Of a DNA stretch of 64,000 nt, positions 1-14,575 are shown piece after piece. A program made the translations under genes and the position numbers. The stretch comes from Octopus vulgaris (taxonomy: Eukaryota): positions 120,900,001 through 120,964,000 of the forward strand of contig OX597819.1 in NCBI GenBank assembly GCA_951406725.2. Reading direction: 5' to 3'. Every line of letters begins with the position of its first letter. The first letter of the stretch is position 1. Below the pieces are notes generated by a model. The model was not told the DNA's origin, searched no databases, and saw nothing but the letters and a program-made list of their open reading frames with translations.

Positions 1-239
1 ATGTACCTACTCCGTCTATATGTATACATGACCGTTATCAATCTGGAGCCCCCTTAATATGGGAGCGCACGTACGTACGATGCTTATATAAATGCACACA
101 TAGACGTAAGTGCACATAAAAACATATACATATACATACACACATAGAGGTGCACATGGATGCACACATACACATACATGCGCACACGCACAAACATGCA
201 AACATGGAGGAAGATGTGCAGTATAAAGGGAAACTGACA

Positions 240-779
240 CACCACCACCAACAACAACAACAGCAACACTACGACGATCAACATTAATAACAACAGCAAG
301 AACAACATCATCACAATCAACTAGAGCAACAACAACAACTGCAACAATTACAGCGACAACAGCGACAACAATATCCAAGATTATGATGATTATCGTGATG
401 ATGATGAAGATGGAGGTGGTGGGGGTTGATGTTGGTGATGGTGAGAGTAATATTGACAGTCACAACAATACATAATGATTATTATGCTAAAGACGACGAC
501 GATGAAGTTGATGACGATGATGACGACGACGATGATGATGATGATGATGATGATGATAGTAACAGTTATGATGATAATGCCGATGATGATGATGATGATG
601 ATGATGGTGCTGATGATGATGAGAAAGAAAAAGATGACGGTGGCAATTATGATGATGACAATTATAATAAAAATAAAATGATAATGACAACAACAACAAC
701 AACAATAATAATAATAATAATAATAATAACAATAATAATAATAATGATGATGATGATGATGATAATAATAATAATAACA

Positions 780-841
<62 letters not shown>
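240..841. repeat. Compound trinucleotide microsatellite block (CAA)n/(GAT)n/(AAT)n/(TTA)n
   Basis: Visible trinucleotide runs; overlapping ORFs are poly-D/M/I/L artefacts. Confidence 0.95.
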
Positions 842-842
<1 letters not shown>

Positions 843-1292
843 GTGCTTACATCTGCTTGAAACCTAAGAGTATGTGTGTCTGTGTATGAATTCTCCTGAG
901 GGCATCCAATATCTATCTTCAGGTTTTTGGTTCTTTAGCTATCAGGAATCTGTCCTCAAGGTAAAAGACAAACGAAGAGGTTCCAGCGATATGGAGAGAT
1001 AGGGAGTAAGAGATAAGAAGAGATTTACAGACAAAGAGATAGAGAGTAAGAGATAAGAAGAACACGTAGAAAGAGAGAGAGAGGGGGGGAGATGAGAGAG
1101 GTGTAGGATGAGGAAGTTAGAAGAGGGAGATTGAAAAATGTAGATATTAAAAGAGTGCAGAAGAGCAAGGGTTGGTAAGAGAGTCAGAAAGAGAGAGAAA
1201 GAGAGAGAGAGAGAGAGAGTACGGAAGGAAGAAGAGTGAAGGAGAAAGACAAAGTAATATTATGTGAAAGGGAAGGTACGATGTAGGAAATA

Positions 1293-1293
<1 letters not shown>

Positions 1294-1345
<52 letters not shown>

Positions 1346-1464
1346 TAATAAATAAAATAAAACATATGCATATATATAAACATATATCCGTATATCATAT
1401 ATATGTCATATAAATACATGTTCTCATTGTACGACATTTACGTATGTATGTATATATATATATA

Positions 1465-1521
<57 letters not shown>

Positions 1522-1542
1522 ATATATGTATATAAGCATATA

Positions 1543-1585
<43 letters not shown>

Positions 1586-1716
1586 CACATATTCACAATT
1601 ATATGTCTGCTTATATATATATGCACTCACACACAAATTATATATATTTATATATTTATGCATAAACTATGTGCGTGTGCGTGTGTGTGTGTTTACTATA
1701 TATATATATATATATG

Positions 1717-1750
<34 letters not shown>
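1294..1750. repeat. (TA)n/(CA)n microsatellite block
   Basis: Dinucleotide runs. Confidence 0.95.
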
Positions 1751-1751
<1 letters not shown>

Positions 1752-2084
1752 TACATGTGTATAGTGAAGGATACAGAAAAGAGGGTTTTGTTGCCGTCAT
1801 CAGATTCAGATGCAATGTATTTCCACTCATCCACACACACAAACATAAACATTGAAAGAGAAAGAGAGAGAGACAGAGAGAAAGAGAGAGGGAGAAGAGA
1901 GAGAGAGAGAGAAGAGACGGGAGGGAGAGTAGAGCAGATTTGAAGATATTGAATAGGGGAAAAGGGACGGAGAAATGAATATTAGATATGAAGAGAGATA
2001 AAAGGGAGATAAATGATTAGATGTACTGATGGGTTTAGACAAAATCTGTGGCAACGAAGTTGACGGCGGTGGTGATATTGCTAG

Positions 2085-2131
<47 letters not shown>

Positions 2132-2423
2132 ACAATGATAGTGGTGGTGGTGATGATTATGATGATGATGGGGATGATGATGACAGTGTCGACATCGAGG
2201 AAAAAGGACGATGGCGATGATAGTGATGACGTGGATGAGGTTTATTGGTGATTCTGGTGATTCGATGATTAAGTTTGTACAATCACGATGATGATGATGA
2301 CGATGAAGAGGAGGAGAAAGTCTACGTTGTCGTTGTTGTTGAAGATGATGGTTATGATAATATCGTGGACAAAACCTCCTCCTCCTCCTCCTCCTCCTCC
2401 TCCTCCTTCTTCTTCTTCTTCTT

Positions 2424-2509
<86 letters not shown>

Positions 2510-2530
2510 TATTATCATTATTATTATTGT
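2085..2530. repeat. (GAT)n/(TCC)n/(TTC)n/(TTA)n microsatellite block
   Basis: Trinucleotide runs. Confidence 0.95.
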
Positions 2531-2544
2531 TATATAAGGTTTCT

Positions 2545-2990
<446 letters not shown>

Positions 2991-3014
2991 GTATTATTAT
3001 TTAGATCTTATTAA

Positions 3015-3230
3015 GGTGGCACGCTTCCGCAATCGTTACCCACGCCGAGCGAAATGTTTAGCAGCATGTCGTCTCTGTCTTGGCGTTCTAAATTTGAATA
3101 TCTCCGAGATCTACTTTGCCTTTCCTCCATTCGGAGTCGATGAAACAAGTACCAGTTGAAGAATGGTGTCGAAGTAATAGATTAGATTCCTTCCTCTAAA
3201 CTTCAGGCCTTATACTTATAGCAGAAATTA
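3015..3230 (+). mobile_element. SINE family B, diverged
   Basis: aatcgtta...cgccgagcgaaatg head, tactttgcctttcctccattcggagtcgat core, cttcaggccttatac tail. Confidence 0.75.
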
Positions 3231-3244
3231 CTTTTTTATTATTG

Positions 3245-3570
3245 AAGACGGCTACATGGCAGGGTCCGTAGTTGACGGAGAAAATGTGCTGCTTTTTGCA
3301 AGACATCAATCTTGCATGGGATTTGCAGTTGCTTTAAGAAGTCTTGAGGTATCAATGGGATTGAGCCCAAAGCTCTAATCACTACAGGTATCACTTTTAC
3401 ATTACCCTCTCGCATTCCATACAGTCTTGCCAATTCCACTTTCAATTCGGAGTACTTGGTGATTTTTACTTAACCTCTTTATTCACATCATTCATGTCAT
3501 TTGGTATGGCTACATCAATGATCTGACAGTATTTGTCTTCAGATTCTTTGCATTTCTTACAATGTCGATA
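3245..3570 (-). pseudogene. R4/Dong(CRE/NeSL)-like non-LTR retrotransposon, restriction-like endonuclease C-terminus
   Basis: Minus strand reads CQIIDVAIPNDMN..KITKYSELKVELARL..VIPVVIRALG..LQKAA, the typical RLE-domain signature; stops and frameshifts present. Confidence 0.8.
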
Positions 3571-4129
3571 AAATAAAGTCTTACTGAGGTTATTGTTTCG
3601 ATGAAATCGACTTTCACCGCTTTTGTTAAAAACACTAGCTTTGTGCCAAATTTATAAAAGACAATAGCAAAATGACTGAGAATAAGTGGGCCTAGTCTGA
3701 AAAGGATTTCTCAAGTAGGAGGTAAAAAGCTGACAGTGAATATCGCTGATGTCTTGCCGATGGCAGAGTAATCCTGAATTCTTTCTGACTGGTTTTGCCC
3801 AAAATGCTCTACGTAGAATGCTCCTTAATTGAGCTCTCTATTTATTTATCTATTTATTTATTTATTCATTTGTTTTTCCGTACATATCTTTTGTTATATT
3901 CTTGTTATAGTAATAATAACAGAAATCATTCTTTTTCTTCTTCACCCCTCCTCCACGTCGTCGTCGTCATTGTCTGGGCTTTGCTTTAACTTATACGAGT
4001 TGTACCCAAGTCTCAACTAGAGACGTTAAGGGCTGACAGAGTTTTGCATCTGAAAATACTAACAGGAGAGGTGCAAGACAATTGAAAATACTGAAATCTT
4101 TAGAAGAAAAAAAAATACAGTGATTGAAT

Positions 4130-4300
4130 TTGCGTTGGCATAGAGAAGCTAATACGTAGCTCCTGTAAGTATGGTTTTTGTAAATCGCTTAATTCGAGGT
4201 GCTCAGGGATTATATCTATATCCGTATTTGCCTCTTTTGATATCATTCCATTTCCAAGTGACCCAATAATAATAGCTAGTGTCGTTGTTTTGAGATGCTA
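4130..4300 (-). pseudogene. Second R4/Dong-like RLE C-terminal fragment
   Basis: Minus strand HLKTTTLAIIIGSLG..MI..IP..LSDLQK resembles WHLKTTTVPVIIGALGMI..IPG..L.EIQK. Confidence 0.6.
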
Positions 4301-4487
4301 CAGCTGGCGGGGGTGATTGCCTCCCCTTCGCAAATATAAGGACACAGAAAATGTGTCAAAGCCGACAGGAGACGTCGATGTTTCCTAGGGCTAAATGGCG
4401 GTGGTGTAATTCCCTTACGGGACTGTCACATTGAATTGACAGTATACAAACACTATATCTGAGACATTTAGAAATTCAATATTTCTA

Positions 4488-4546
<59 letters not shown>

Positions 4547-5000
4547 TATTATTATTTCATCATCGTCATCATCATCAAGGCAGCAACAGTATCATGTTGA
4601 TGAGAAATCATGATGATGACATCGGCAATGATGTCGGTGGTGGTTTCATTATGGCGTCTACTGTTGGTACGACAAGGCTCACTAACTATGAAGACGGTGA
4701 CGACAACGACGAACACCACCACCACCGCTTGCACGACGACGATGAGGACGATGAGCAGGATCATCATCATCATCATCACCACCACCACCACCACCGCCAC
4801 CATCACCATCACCATCATCATCAGCATCATGCTAATGATGATTATGTTGATCGTAATCGCGATGATCAAATTTATGACGACGTTGATCGTGATGATCACG
4901 AATGAACATGATGAATACGCGGGGATGAATATGGCGCTCGATATAGGCGACAAACATTCGCCGATTATGAAGAAGATGAAAGTAAACGTGAGATAATAAC
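4488..5000. repeat. (TTA)n plus degenerate (GAT/CAT/CAC)n low-complexity tract
   Basis: Trinucleotide periodicity. Confidence 0.85.
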
Positions 5001-5269
5001 GATAAGACAAAGCAGCCAATGAGAGAGAAACGATAAAATTTTGTGGAAGAGATAAAGCTGAAAATGTAGGGGAGATCAGATAAGGAGAGATGCAGGATCC
5101 AAGTCATGGCGGCCTTGACAGTAACTGTATTCTCAGTTGTCAGACGATATTTTACTGAGCGAATGCTGTATCCTCTCTATGTATCTGTGTGTATTTCTCG
5201 AGATAGATTTCTGCGTGTGTGTAATACTCTCTTTCTCTCTCTATATATATGAATACATCTCCCTCTCTG

Positions 5270-6040
<771 letters not shown>

Positions 6041-6395
6041 TATATTCTTGTATAATTGCGTAAGTATCTGTGTTTGTAGGGTATGCTATACCTGCGAGTG
6101 TCTGTGTGTATCTAGGTGTGTGTGTTTGTGCGTGCATGTTCGTGTATATACACGTGTGTTCTGTATGATTGTGTGTTAATGTGTGAGAAGGGTGCGCGCG
6201 CTCGTAAAATCTCATCTCCATCACTTCCCACCACAATGATTCGATTTCCATCGAAACATTTCCACTTAAAATTATAGCTTAAATGGTTGAGTATTCCCAA
6301 CATGTCTACTCTTAACGTAAATCCTCAGGCGGATTCAACATGATCAGAATTGTGAGAAGGGTATACGTCTGACACAACTCGGCAATCATCTAAGC

Positions 6396-7098
6396 CAGTG
6401 GTTCTCAAACTATCTGATGTGGCGTACCGTCAGTTGTCTTTTCCAATGTGCCCAGGACCGGTAATAATTCTTAGTAATATTAATTTATACCAGAAACAAT
6501 ATATATAATATATATAATAAAATTTGACAATTTTTAAAATCTTATATTTATTTTGTAAACAAATAATATAATATAGGCGCAGGAGTGGCTGTGTGGTAAG
6601 TAGCTTGCTAACCAACCACATGGTTCCGGGTTCAGTCCCACTGCGTGGCATCTTGGGCAAGTGTCTTCTGCTATAGCCCCGAGCCGACCAATGCCTTGTG
6701 AGTGGATTTGGTAGACGGAAACTGAAAGAAGCCTGTCGTATATATGTATATATATATATGTGTGTGTGTGTGTTTGTGCGTCTGTGTTTGTCCCCCTAGC
6801 ATTGCTTGACAACGATGCTGGTGTGTTTACGTCCCCGTCACTTAGCGGTTCGGCAAAAAAGACCGATAGAATAAGTACTGATCTTACAAAGAATAAGTCC
6901 CGGGGTCGAGTTGCTCGATTAAAGGTGGTGCTCCAGCATGGCCGCAGTCAAATGACTGAAACATGTAGAAGAGTATTTCATAAGCATTTTATAAGCATTC
7001 TATAATGTTTCATTCTTTTCTGGAAACTCGTCGCGTATCGGCAGCTGATGGCTCGCGGAGAGATACCGGTCCGCGGAGCACCACTTTGAGTAGCACTG
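6396..7098. mobile_element. hAT/Charlie-like MITE with nested SINE A
   Basis: Ends CAGTGGTTCTCAAA and TTTGAGTAGCACTG; 8-bp TSD ATCTAAGC (6388-6395) / ATATAAGC (7099-7106). Confidence 0.8.
6576..6972 (+). mobile_element. SINE family A (tRNA head, CORE-like TTGGGCAAGT segment, internal (TA)n(TG)n, LINE-like tail), full length
   Basis: A box GTGGCTGTGTGG, B box GGTTCAGTCCC; tail GGTGCTCCAGCATGGCCGCAGTCAAATGACTGAAAC; many copies in the window. Confidence 0.9.
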
Positions 7099-7269
7099 AT
7101 ATAAGCTATTTCCGTCAATCTATATTTATACAGAAGACCTAAGGCGACTCGAGACTATGGCGACGGTATTTGCTCAAACTGCCATTCTCTGAAACCATTC
7201 CCTCATGAATGAGAAGAACATTTTCTTACCATTTAGAATATGCTGTTTCCGTATACAGGTAAAGACCTA

Positions 7270-7598
7270 CCTCTGTATATAGGTAAAAACCAGAGGATTA
7301 CACATAGGAAGTTCCACCTCCCAGGAACAAGTCCGGGTAAGATTGCTTATGGAAGACCAGCAGTCGCCCATGCATGAAACCCCTCCCCATGCCACAAATG
7401 TTGTCCAAGAGAAAGGCAAAAACAGATACAACTTGGCACCAGAGACATCGGAACACATTTCTACAGATGAGTGAATTGGAAGAACGCGAAATAAAGTGCC
7501 TTGCTCAAGAACACAAAACAAAACCCGGTCCGGAAATTGAACCCACTACCTCATGATTGTGAGCGCGACGCTCTAACCACTGAGCCATGCACCTTCAC
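7270..7598 (-). mobile_element. SINE family D (tRNA-derived)
   Basis: Minus strand GCATGGCTCAGTGGTTAGAGCGTC..GGGTTCAATTTCC..TCTTGAGCAAGGCACTTTA. Confidence 0.75.
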
Positions 7599-8434
7599 TA
7601 TATAGCGTTTGATCGTTTTACTTGTTTCAGTCATATGACCGCGGCCATGTGGAGCTACGGCGTTGGAGGGTTGTAGTTGAACCAAGTGACTCCAATACTT
7701 ATTTTTTCTTGAATCTTTTACTTATTATATCGGTCCCATTTGCGCGCGTGTGTGTGAAATAGAGAGAGAGAGGAAAAGAGAGAGAGAGAGAGAGAGAGAG
7801 AGATACAAAGAGATTACATTTGTGAGTGTGTGGGTGGGGGTGTATGCTATTTATTTGCAGTTTTGCACTGCGAGACATTCCCTGCATCAGCTGTCGACCG
7901 GAGTGGAGGAGCAGATATGTTTCGACACCCTCTCACAGTTTTGCTTCTTCTTGCGATTGTTATTGAAGCTGTAGATATTCTAGAGTAATCTTTGTCGGAT
8001 CACTTTCGTAAAGAGATATATAACATTTGATTGATGGTGATGATGGTGGCGATAAAGCGTGATGGGTTGCTTATTTGTTTATCTCTTTAAGAATATCAAC
8101 AAACATCAGAGGATTTGGAATAATAATTACCATTTGTGACAGCTGTTTCGGGTAGCGAAGATATATACCGCAGAAAGCAGTTTAGCCATGCAATTGTTAC
8201 AGTTTGAGTCTTAGTGAAACCTTAACCAGTTCTTGTAGTCCATGGCAAACAATAGCTGATGGAATTCCACGCCTAATGTTTTTTTTCTTTCATTTGAGAG
8301 GAAGTAAGACTATGCAATAAAACGGAGAATTGCTTTATCATTTTAGGTAGCATAGGCGCGCGCACACACATGCACACACACACACATAAACACGCAGCAC
8401 GCATACACACTCACACAAGTTTGCGTTGCAGCAA

Positions 8435-8516
8435 CATGGTGTCTTCTACTATAGCCTCGGGCCGACCAAACCCTACTGAGTGGATTTGGTAGACGGAAAC
8501 TGAAAGAAGACCGTCG

Positions 8517-8555
<39 letters not shown>

Positions 8556-8730
8556 ATGCCTGTGCTTGTTCCGCCAACATCGCTTGGTAATTTAGTGGTT
8601 CGGGAGAAAAGAGACCGATGGAACCAGTACCAGGCATGCGAAGAATATGTCTTGATGCCGATTTGCCCGACTAAAAGCGGTGCTCCAGCATGGCCGCAGT
8701 CAAATGAGTGAGACAAATAAAAGGATAAAA
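8435..8730 (+). mobile_element. SINE family A, 5'-truncated
   Basis: Body and tail match 6576-6972. Confidence 0.85.
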
Positions 8731-8844
8731 GACCATATATATATATACATAAATATGTGTGTGTGTATGATGTGTATACATATATGTATGTATATATACA
8801 TACATATATGTATGTATAAGTGTGTTTGTATATATATATATTTG

Positions 8845-8876
<32 letters not shown>

Positions 8877-8971
8877 TGTACATATACAACACACAAATGT
8901 GTGTATAAGTGTGTGAGTATACTTATATGTGTGTCTGTGTTTGTGTGTGTGTGTGTGCGTGTTTGTGTATA

Positions 8972-9181
8972 ATGAGACAACAAAACCAAGGCTGTGGGGA
9001 ATTTATAAATTCCACGCAACCTTGGTTTTGTTGTCTCATCTTATTTAACATATACATGTTCATATAAGACCCACATTAGACTCCTCACTCGTAATAGTAT
9101 CGAACCGAGAGTCTAACTACGGTCCCCTCGTAGCACTTACATAGCCTTACCTGCCCCCTTGGGTCTTCTGGATACTAATAC

Positions 9182-9183
<2 letters not shown>
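8972..9183. mobile_element. Short hairpin-containing element abutting (TA)n
   Basis: Inverted repeat ATGAGACAACAAAACCAAGG..CCTTGGTTTTGTTGTCTCAT (8972-9039), then a GC-richer tail ending in (TA)n. Confidence 0.45.
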
Positions 9184-9245
<62 letters not shown>

Positions 9246-9329
9246 AATAAATAAATATATATATATAATAAATAAATAAATAAATATATATATATATATA
9301 TTCTACACTTACATTTATTCTTCTTCTCT

Positions 9330-9553
9330 TCTTTCTCTCGTTTCAGTCATTTCACTGCTGCCATGTTGGAGCACCGCATTTAATTCGAAGAAATCAACCC
9401 CAGGAATTATACTTTGTAAGCCTGGTACTTATTCTATGCGGAACAGCATGGGTTGTCAAGCAGTGGCAGGGGTCAAACGCAGACACAAGTACACGCACAC
9501 ACTCACACACACACACCCACACAAACACTCACACACACACACACATACAAACA

Positions 9554-9593
<40 letters not shown>

Positions 9594-9690
9594 CATATAT
9601 ATACGACGTGCTTCTTTCAGTTTCCGTCTACGAAATCCAGTCAAGTGACTTTGGTTGGTGCAAGGCTATAGTAGAAGACTCTTGCCCAAG
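9330..9690 (-). mobile_element. SINE family A
   Basis: Reverse complement of tail, internal (CA)n and body. Confidence 0.85.
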
Positions 9691-10654
9691 TTAAATATTA
9701 TGAGATTGCAGCTGCACACAGGCATCTTCCGATGGAACGGGTGTCATTGTTAATGTTTCTAATTATATTATACAGTAGCAAACGCACCCTTTCTCCGGAC
9801 GTTTTGCTTTGGTGGTATTTTATTCACCAAAAAAATTTGAACTACCGAGAAGGTTTATGAGTAACTCGGCAATCTAAGTTTCCGATTAACCTAGGAACGG
9901 CAAATGAAGTTGAAGGCTGGTTATTGTGGAGGCCTTTGCACTTTGATTATCATAGAACATATAAGTTTGCAAGCGATGCAAAGTAGAGCTACTGAAGTAT
10001 TTTGGGAGTAAAGTACAGATAATGACTACAAAACATAGTTGTTTTACATGAAAGTTAAATTTCTTGTCAGAAACAGCCATATAAATGGTGTAAATGTAAG
10101 GAAATTGAAGGAAGACGTTGAAACTTCCCATCTGCGAGTTTATTTTTTTCAACAGCAAAGGGGGCTATTTTTTTTTTCGAAGATATAAGCTAACAAAAAT
10201 CCTTTATTCTCTCTTCTCATATTGCCTGCGCATAAACTAACACCAAATGTGGCATAAAGTTAAATTGGTATGCAGCGTTCTGTAAGATACGTGTAGCTTT
10301 TACTAGTGGAACAAAACTCTTATTTAAAGGTTAATTTTTGGGGGACGAACCATAGGTGATTGTTTAAAAAGGGCGAGAACGACAATGCTAAAACGTATTT
10401 GAAATTATGCACAATAGTCGAAATATCATAATGGATGGGTAAATAAGAATCCTTAAAATGAAACAAAGGTATGAAAGGTAAACAAAGGTATCAACAAATA
10501 TAAGAGAGAGAAGAGAACATCACCTTTCAAGTAACTCAGAATGGGTAAAGGTGATCTTGCCAAAGTTTGATACAGTTTAAATATGTAGATTTAGTTTGGT
10601 ATTGGATATTCCATCGTGTACAGTGTTCCTAGTCAATTGAAGCACTGTCGTAGG

Positions 10655-11167
10655 TGGACAGCGGAACTAAATAGACAATCCTTTCACTTTTCTAAGAAGA
10701 TTTAAAAAGTATGGAAGACCCTACATAGAAAAATCTATGTCCCTTTACGTCCAATTACGCGGGAGCTCTGGACAAAATGTTTCAATGCGTGACCATCGTT
10801 GAGACATAAGTAATGTTTGTGTATGATTTGGTGAAAATTGGTTAAGAATTGTGGAAATGTAAGCGTTAGTCATTATACACACACACACATACTGTGATTT
10901 ATATAGATGGACAGTGGAAATAAATAGACAAAATCCTTTCACATTTAAATAAAAAGATAAAGAAATGTATGGAAAACCTTACTTAAAAAAAATTCTGTCC
11001 ATTTACGTCCAATTACGCGGGGGTTCTGGGCAAAATGTTATAGTGCATGGCCTTCCTTAGGATATAAGTAATATATGTGTAAAGTTAGGTGAAAATCGGT
11101 TGAGAATTGTGGAAATGTATACGTTAGTCATTATACACACACATACTGCAATTTATATATACTAGAT
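10655..11167 (+). mobile_element. Tandem duplicate (~253 bp x2) of a Helitron-like non-autonomous element end
   Basis: Two diverged direct copies starting TGGACAG(C/T)GGAA, with GGTGAAAAT(C/T)GGTT, (CA)n and ATTTATATA..(CT)AGAT ends. Confidence 0.5.
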
Positions 11168-12596
11168 AATGTTTATCCAGTAAGTAGACATATACAGGAA
11201 TTATGCAAGCAAAAGTAGATAGTTAGGAATTGACGGTAGAATGATGTAGATTTGGTGGTTGAATGATGTAGAATTGACGGCAGAATTAACGGTAGAATGA
11301 TGTGTTAATAACACAAACTACAGTGTGTGTATGAGTTTGTATGTTTGCGATTGTTTGTGCGTGCATGTATTTTTACGAATTGATGCATATAATCTGTAGA
11401 TTGCACAATATTATTTTCGCTGCACGTGAAAATGTAAACTCATCACTGGGATTCATAACATTAAATAAGATCGCTAATTAACACATCTACAGATATGTCG
11501 TTGCGTTTTGTTTTATATAATTAATTGATTGTTGACACTGTATCGTAATTTTAATTATATTCCTTCTCATATATTTCACTTTCTCTGTTTTCCCCCAATG
11601 TCTAGATAACAGCGGCAAGTTTGGGCGATATTTCGTCAAAAAAAAAAAAAAAAAAAATCACACAAATAACAAAAACAAAGCGAATACATAATATATTCTT
11701 TATTCTGTCCAATGTATTCGCATTTGTTATGCATAAATTGATCTAAATTATTGCCCTTTGAGAATTTCTTCAAAAGTAATTCTGAAGTTTTGTTAAAGTT
11801 ATGCATTTTCCAGAAACGCTAATAAAAATATTTGATAGAGAAAAGTTTGACAAAATAACATGGAAAATATTTTTCCAATTTCTTTCTTTCTTTTTCTTTC
11901 TTTTTTTCTTTCTTTCGTTCTTTCTTTCTTTTATCTCTGTCTTTTCTCTATCCCTTTTCTTTCTTTGTTTCTTTCTCTTTTTCTTTCTTTGTTTCTTTCT
12001 TTCTGTCTTATGTAATTGAAATACGTGTCGAAACCAATGCCGTTTCCATTGTCACCCGGCACTCTTGTGACGAGAATCTGCCAGTTAAATCGCGCAACTT
12101 TGATCTTCATCCGTCTCACAACACGTACATGAGCTTGCTGTTAGACTGCATCATCGCAAAGTCCACTGAGGAGGTTCCCTCTTTTCCAGACTATATCAAA
12201 ACTAACGCACCCTAAGCTATCTCTACGCCTCCAAATACTCTTCGTATCGTATATGAAGAATTTGCAAAATACTACATTAGACATTGCATTTAAACTCTCC
12301 TTAACATGTCTTCTGCCAAAATAGTACCGGTTCCATAAATTTGGGGAGAGGGTTATTATTTGATACTGTTAAGTCAAGAACTTAACTGGCCCTTTATTTA
12401 ATCAAATATGTCCAGGATGAAAAACAAAGCTGACTATGACGGGAATTGAAATTAAAACCTTAAAACAGACTCGGGTCAAGTGCCGTAAAAATCGCTTTTT
12501 ACAGCAGTCTAACGTTTCCGCCAACCCTGTATTTCAGGACAAGAAATAATTACACTCATTCGTAATGTAATAATAATTCGTTCTAATTTTGGTACT

Positions 12597-12668
12597 AGGC
12601 GTAGTGATTAAGAGCGTGGGCTACTAACTCCAAGATTCCGAGTTCGATTCCAGGCTGTGAGCTGAATA

Positions 12669-12731
<63 letters not shown>

Positions 12732-12915
12732 TCAAAAAATACCTTAGGAATGAGAACCCAGGTTCGAAATTTCCATGATGAAGACACCTGATGAAGGCTG
12801 GAGGGTATGTCAGCCGAAACGTTGTGCTAACAAACTAGGTGAGGACAAATAACCGTCAAATGTAAATAATGTAAATAATGTACATTATTCCTCATCTCTT
12901 AAATATAGAACTGTA
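12597..12915 (+). mobile_element. tRNA-headed SINE-like element carrying a hammerhead ribozyme
   Basis: tRNA-like head 12597-12660 (B box GAGTTCGATTCC), (AAT)n spacer, HHR 12785-12826; flanked by TTGGTAC direct repeats (12589-12595, 12916-12922). Confidence 0.7.
12785..12826 (+). ncRNA. Minimal type I hammerhead ribozyme motif
   Basis: CAC-CTGATGA-A-GGCTG(10-nt loop)CAGCC-GAAAC-GTT-GTG; palindromic stem III AACGTT. Confidence 0.75.
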
Positions 12916-13930
12916 TTGGTACAAGGTAATTTAAAGGTAGGGGTTCTCTGTACCTACTGGATTTGTTGAGTATATAATCAAATTAATCCTTGGTATTGGT
13001 CAGATTAATGTTGATACCTCTGATTAAGGGGCCTATTATGGTGCGAAAATCTATTAAGGCTCTTCATTAATTTTTCAATCTTCGGACATGTAGTTAATTT
13101 TCCCCCGTTTAAATATCTACTACTTAGGTTACGTGGATCAAACCGATTTGTATAAAAGGCCTGATGTGGTTAAACCACCGAGGTCTATTTCTAGGACGAA
13201 GTGGAGAACACCTCAACTCGTTTCAACTGCCTCTGTTGATTTAGCAATACGTCCGATTGTGTTTAGAAAGTGGAGTTATCTCCTCTTCCTGTGTATGAAA
13301 CGAGTATGTACTATTCATAAAACCGTAATCACTTGGAGAGCTGGTCTTGGGTTCATATCGCGAATGAAGCATTGAAACTATTTAGAAATCCAATCGGGGT
13401 CTGTAGAAAAACCTGGCTAAACCTAGAGTTATCACATGTAAAAGTGCGGATTTATTCACTGCACAAAATCTGCCACACCATGTTGTATACTTTATGCTAT
13501 AACAAAGAAAGTGTTTGGCAATGTATATCCGAAATAGATACATCGTATGAGATAAAAGACATTCACATATTCATGTGTGTATCTATGCATGTGCTTGTGA
13601 GACTGACTAGATATATCTATATGTATATATCTATGTATATATCTATCTATCTATATATATGTATATTCATGGCATATATATATATACATATATATATAAT
13701 TTTTATGTATGTATATGAAGATGTATGTTTAAGTATATATTATGTTATATATATATACATATATATATATATGCTTATGTATAGATGTGTGCATATGCGT
13801 CCGTGGTTGCATACATACACGCCAAAAAATACTGTGATAAGTCATTAGATTAAATCGCCCTAAATAAAATCCTGGTGTGAGCGTGTGGTAGGTGCGTGTA
13901 TATGTGTCCATCTGCGACTTGCTGTTCTGA

Positions 13931-13983
<53 letters not shown>

Positions 13984-14305
13984 CAGTGTGATGAGATTGC
14001 GTTTGTGACGTGCATTGTGTTAAGATTCGGATAACCTAGAAATGTGTTAGAAAGATAGTTGTTGACTATTTAGGAAGGAACGTACTAAGTTATCTATCGT
14101 AATGTAGGATTTGGAGAGGGATGCTTAATTGGGCGTGATTGGAGCTAACGTGATTTCCGTATGGATTATCTCCCTTAAAGAGATATATCAATGAATGCTT
14201 GTCACTTCAGCGCATGACAGTGATTCTTCAACCAACGATTGCTGGGAGATATATTCCTTAAGTTTTGATACTTAATACTAAACTGCCTTGGAAGCAAAGA
14301 ATAAT

Positions 14306-14307
<2 letters not shown>

Positions 14308-14382
<75 letters not shown>

Positions 14383-14536
14383 CACAAACACACACAAACA
14401 CACACACACACAAGAGCGCATGCACACTAACGTACTCGAAAATTTATATATACATATATATGTATATGTATACACACGCATATAATTACACACAAGCTAA
14501 CACTAAAGCAAACACATCCATAAATACACACATACA

Positions 14537-14575
<39 letters not shown>

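Noticed and set aside
4594-4905. His/Asp-rich 103-aa ORF
   Set aside because: Lies in a degenerate (GAT/CAC)n tract with ORFs open in several frames and both strands
12030-12215. Complex, GC-richer stretch resembling an exon
   Set aside because: Short open frames with no recognisable protein similarity
12597-12665. Possible tRNA gene (also the SINE heads at 27624 and 54704)
   Set aside because: No intact acceptor stem or terminator; continues into SINE body
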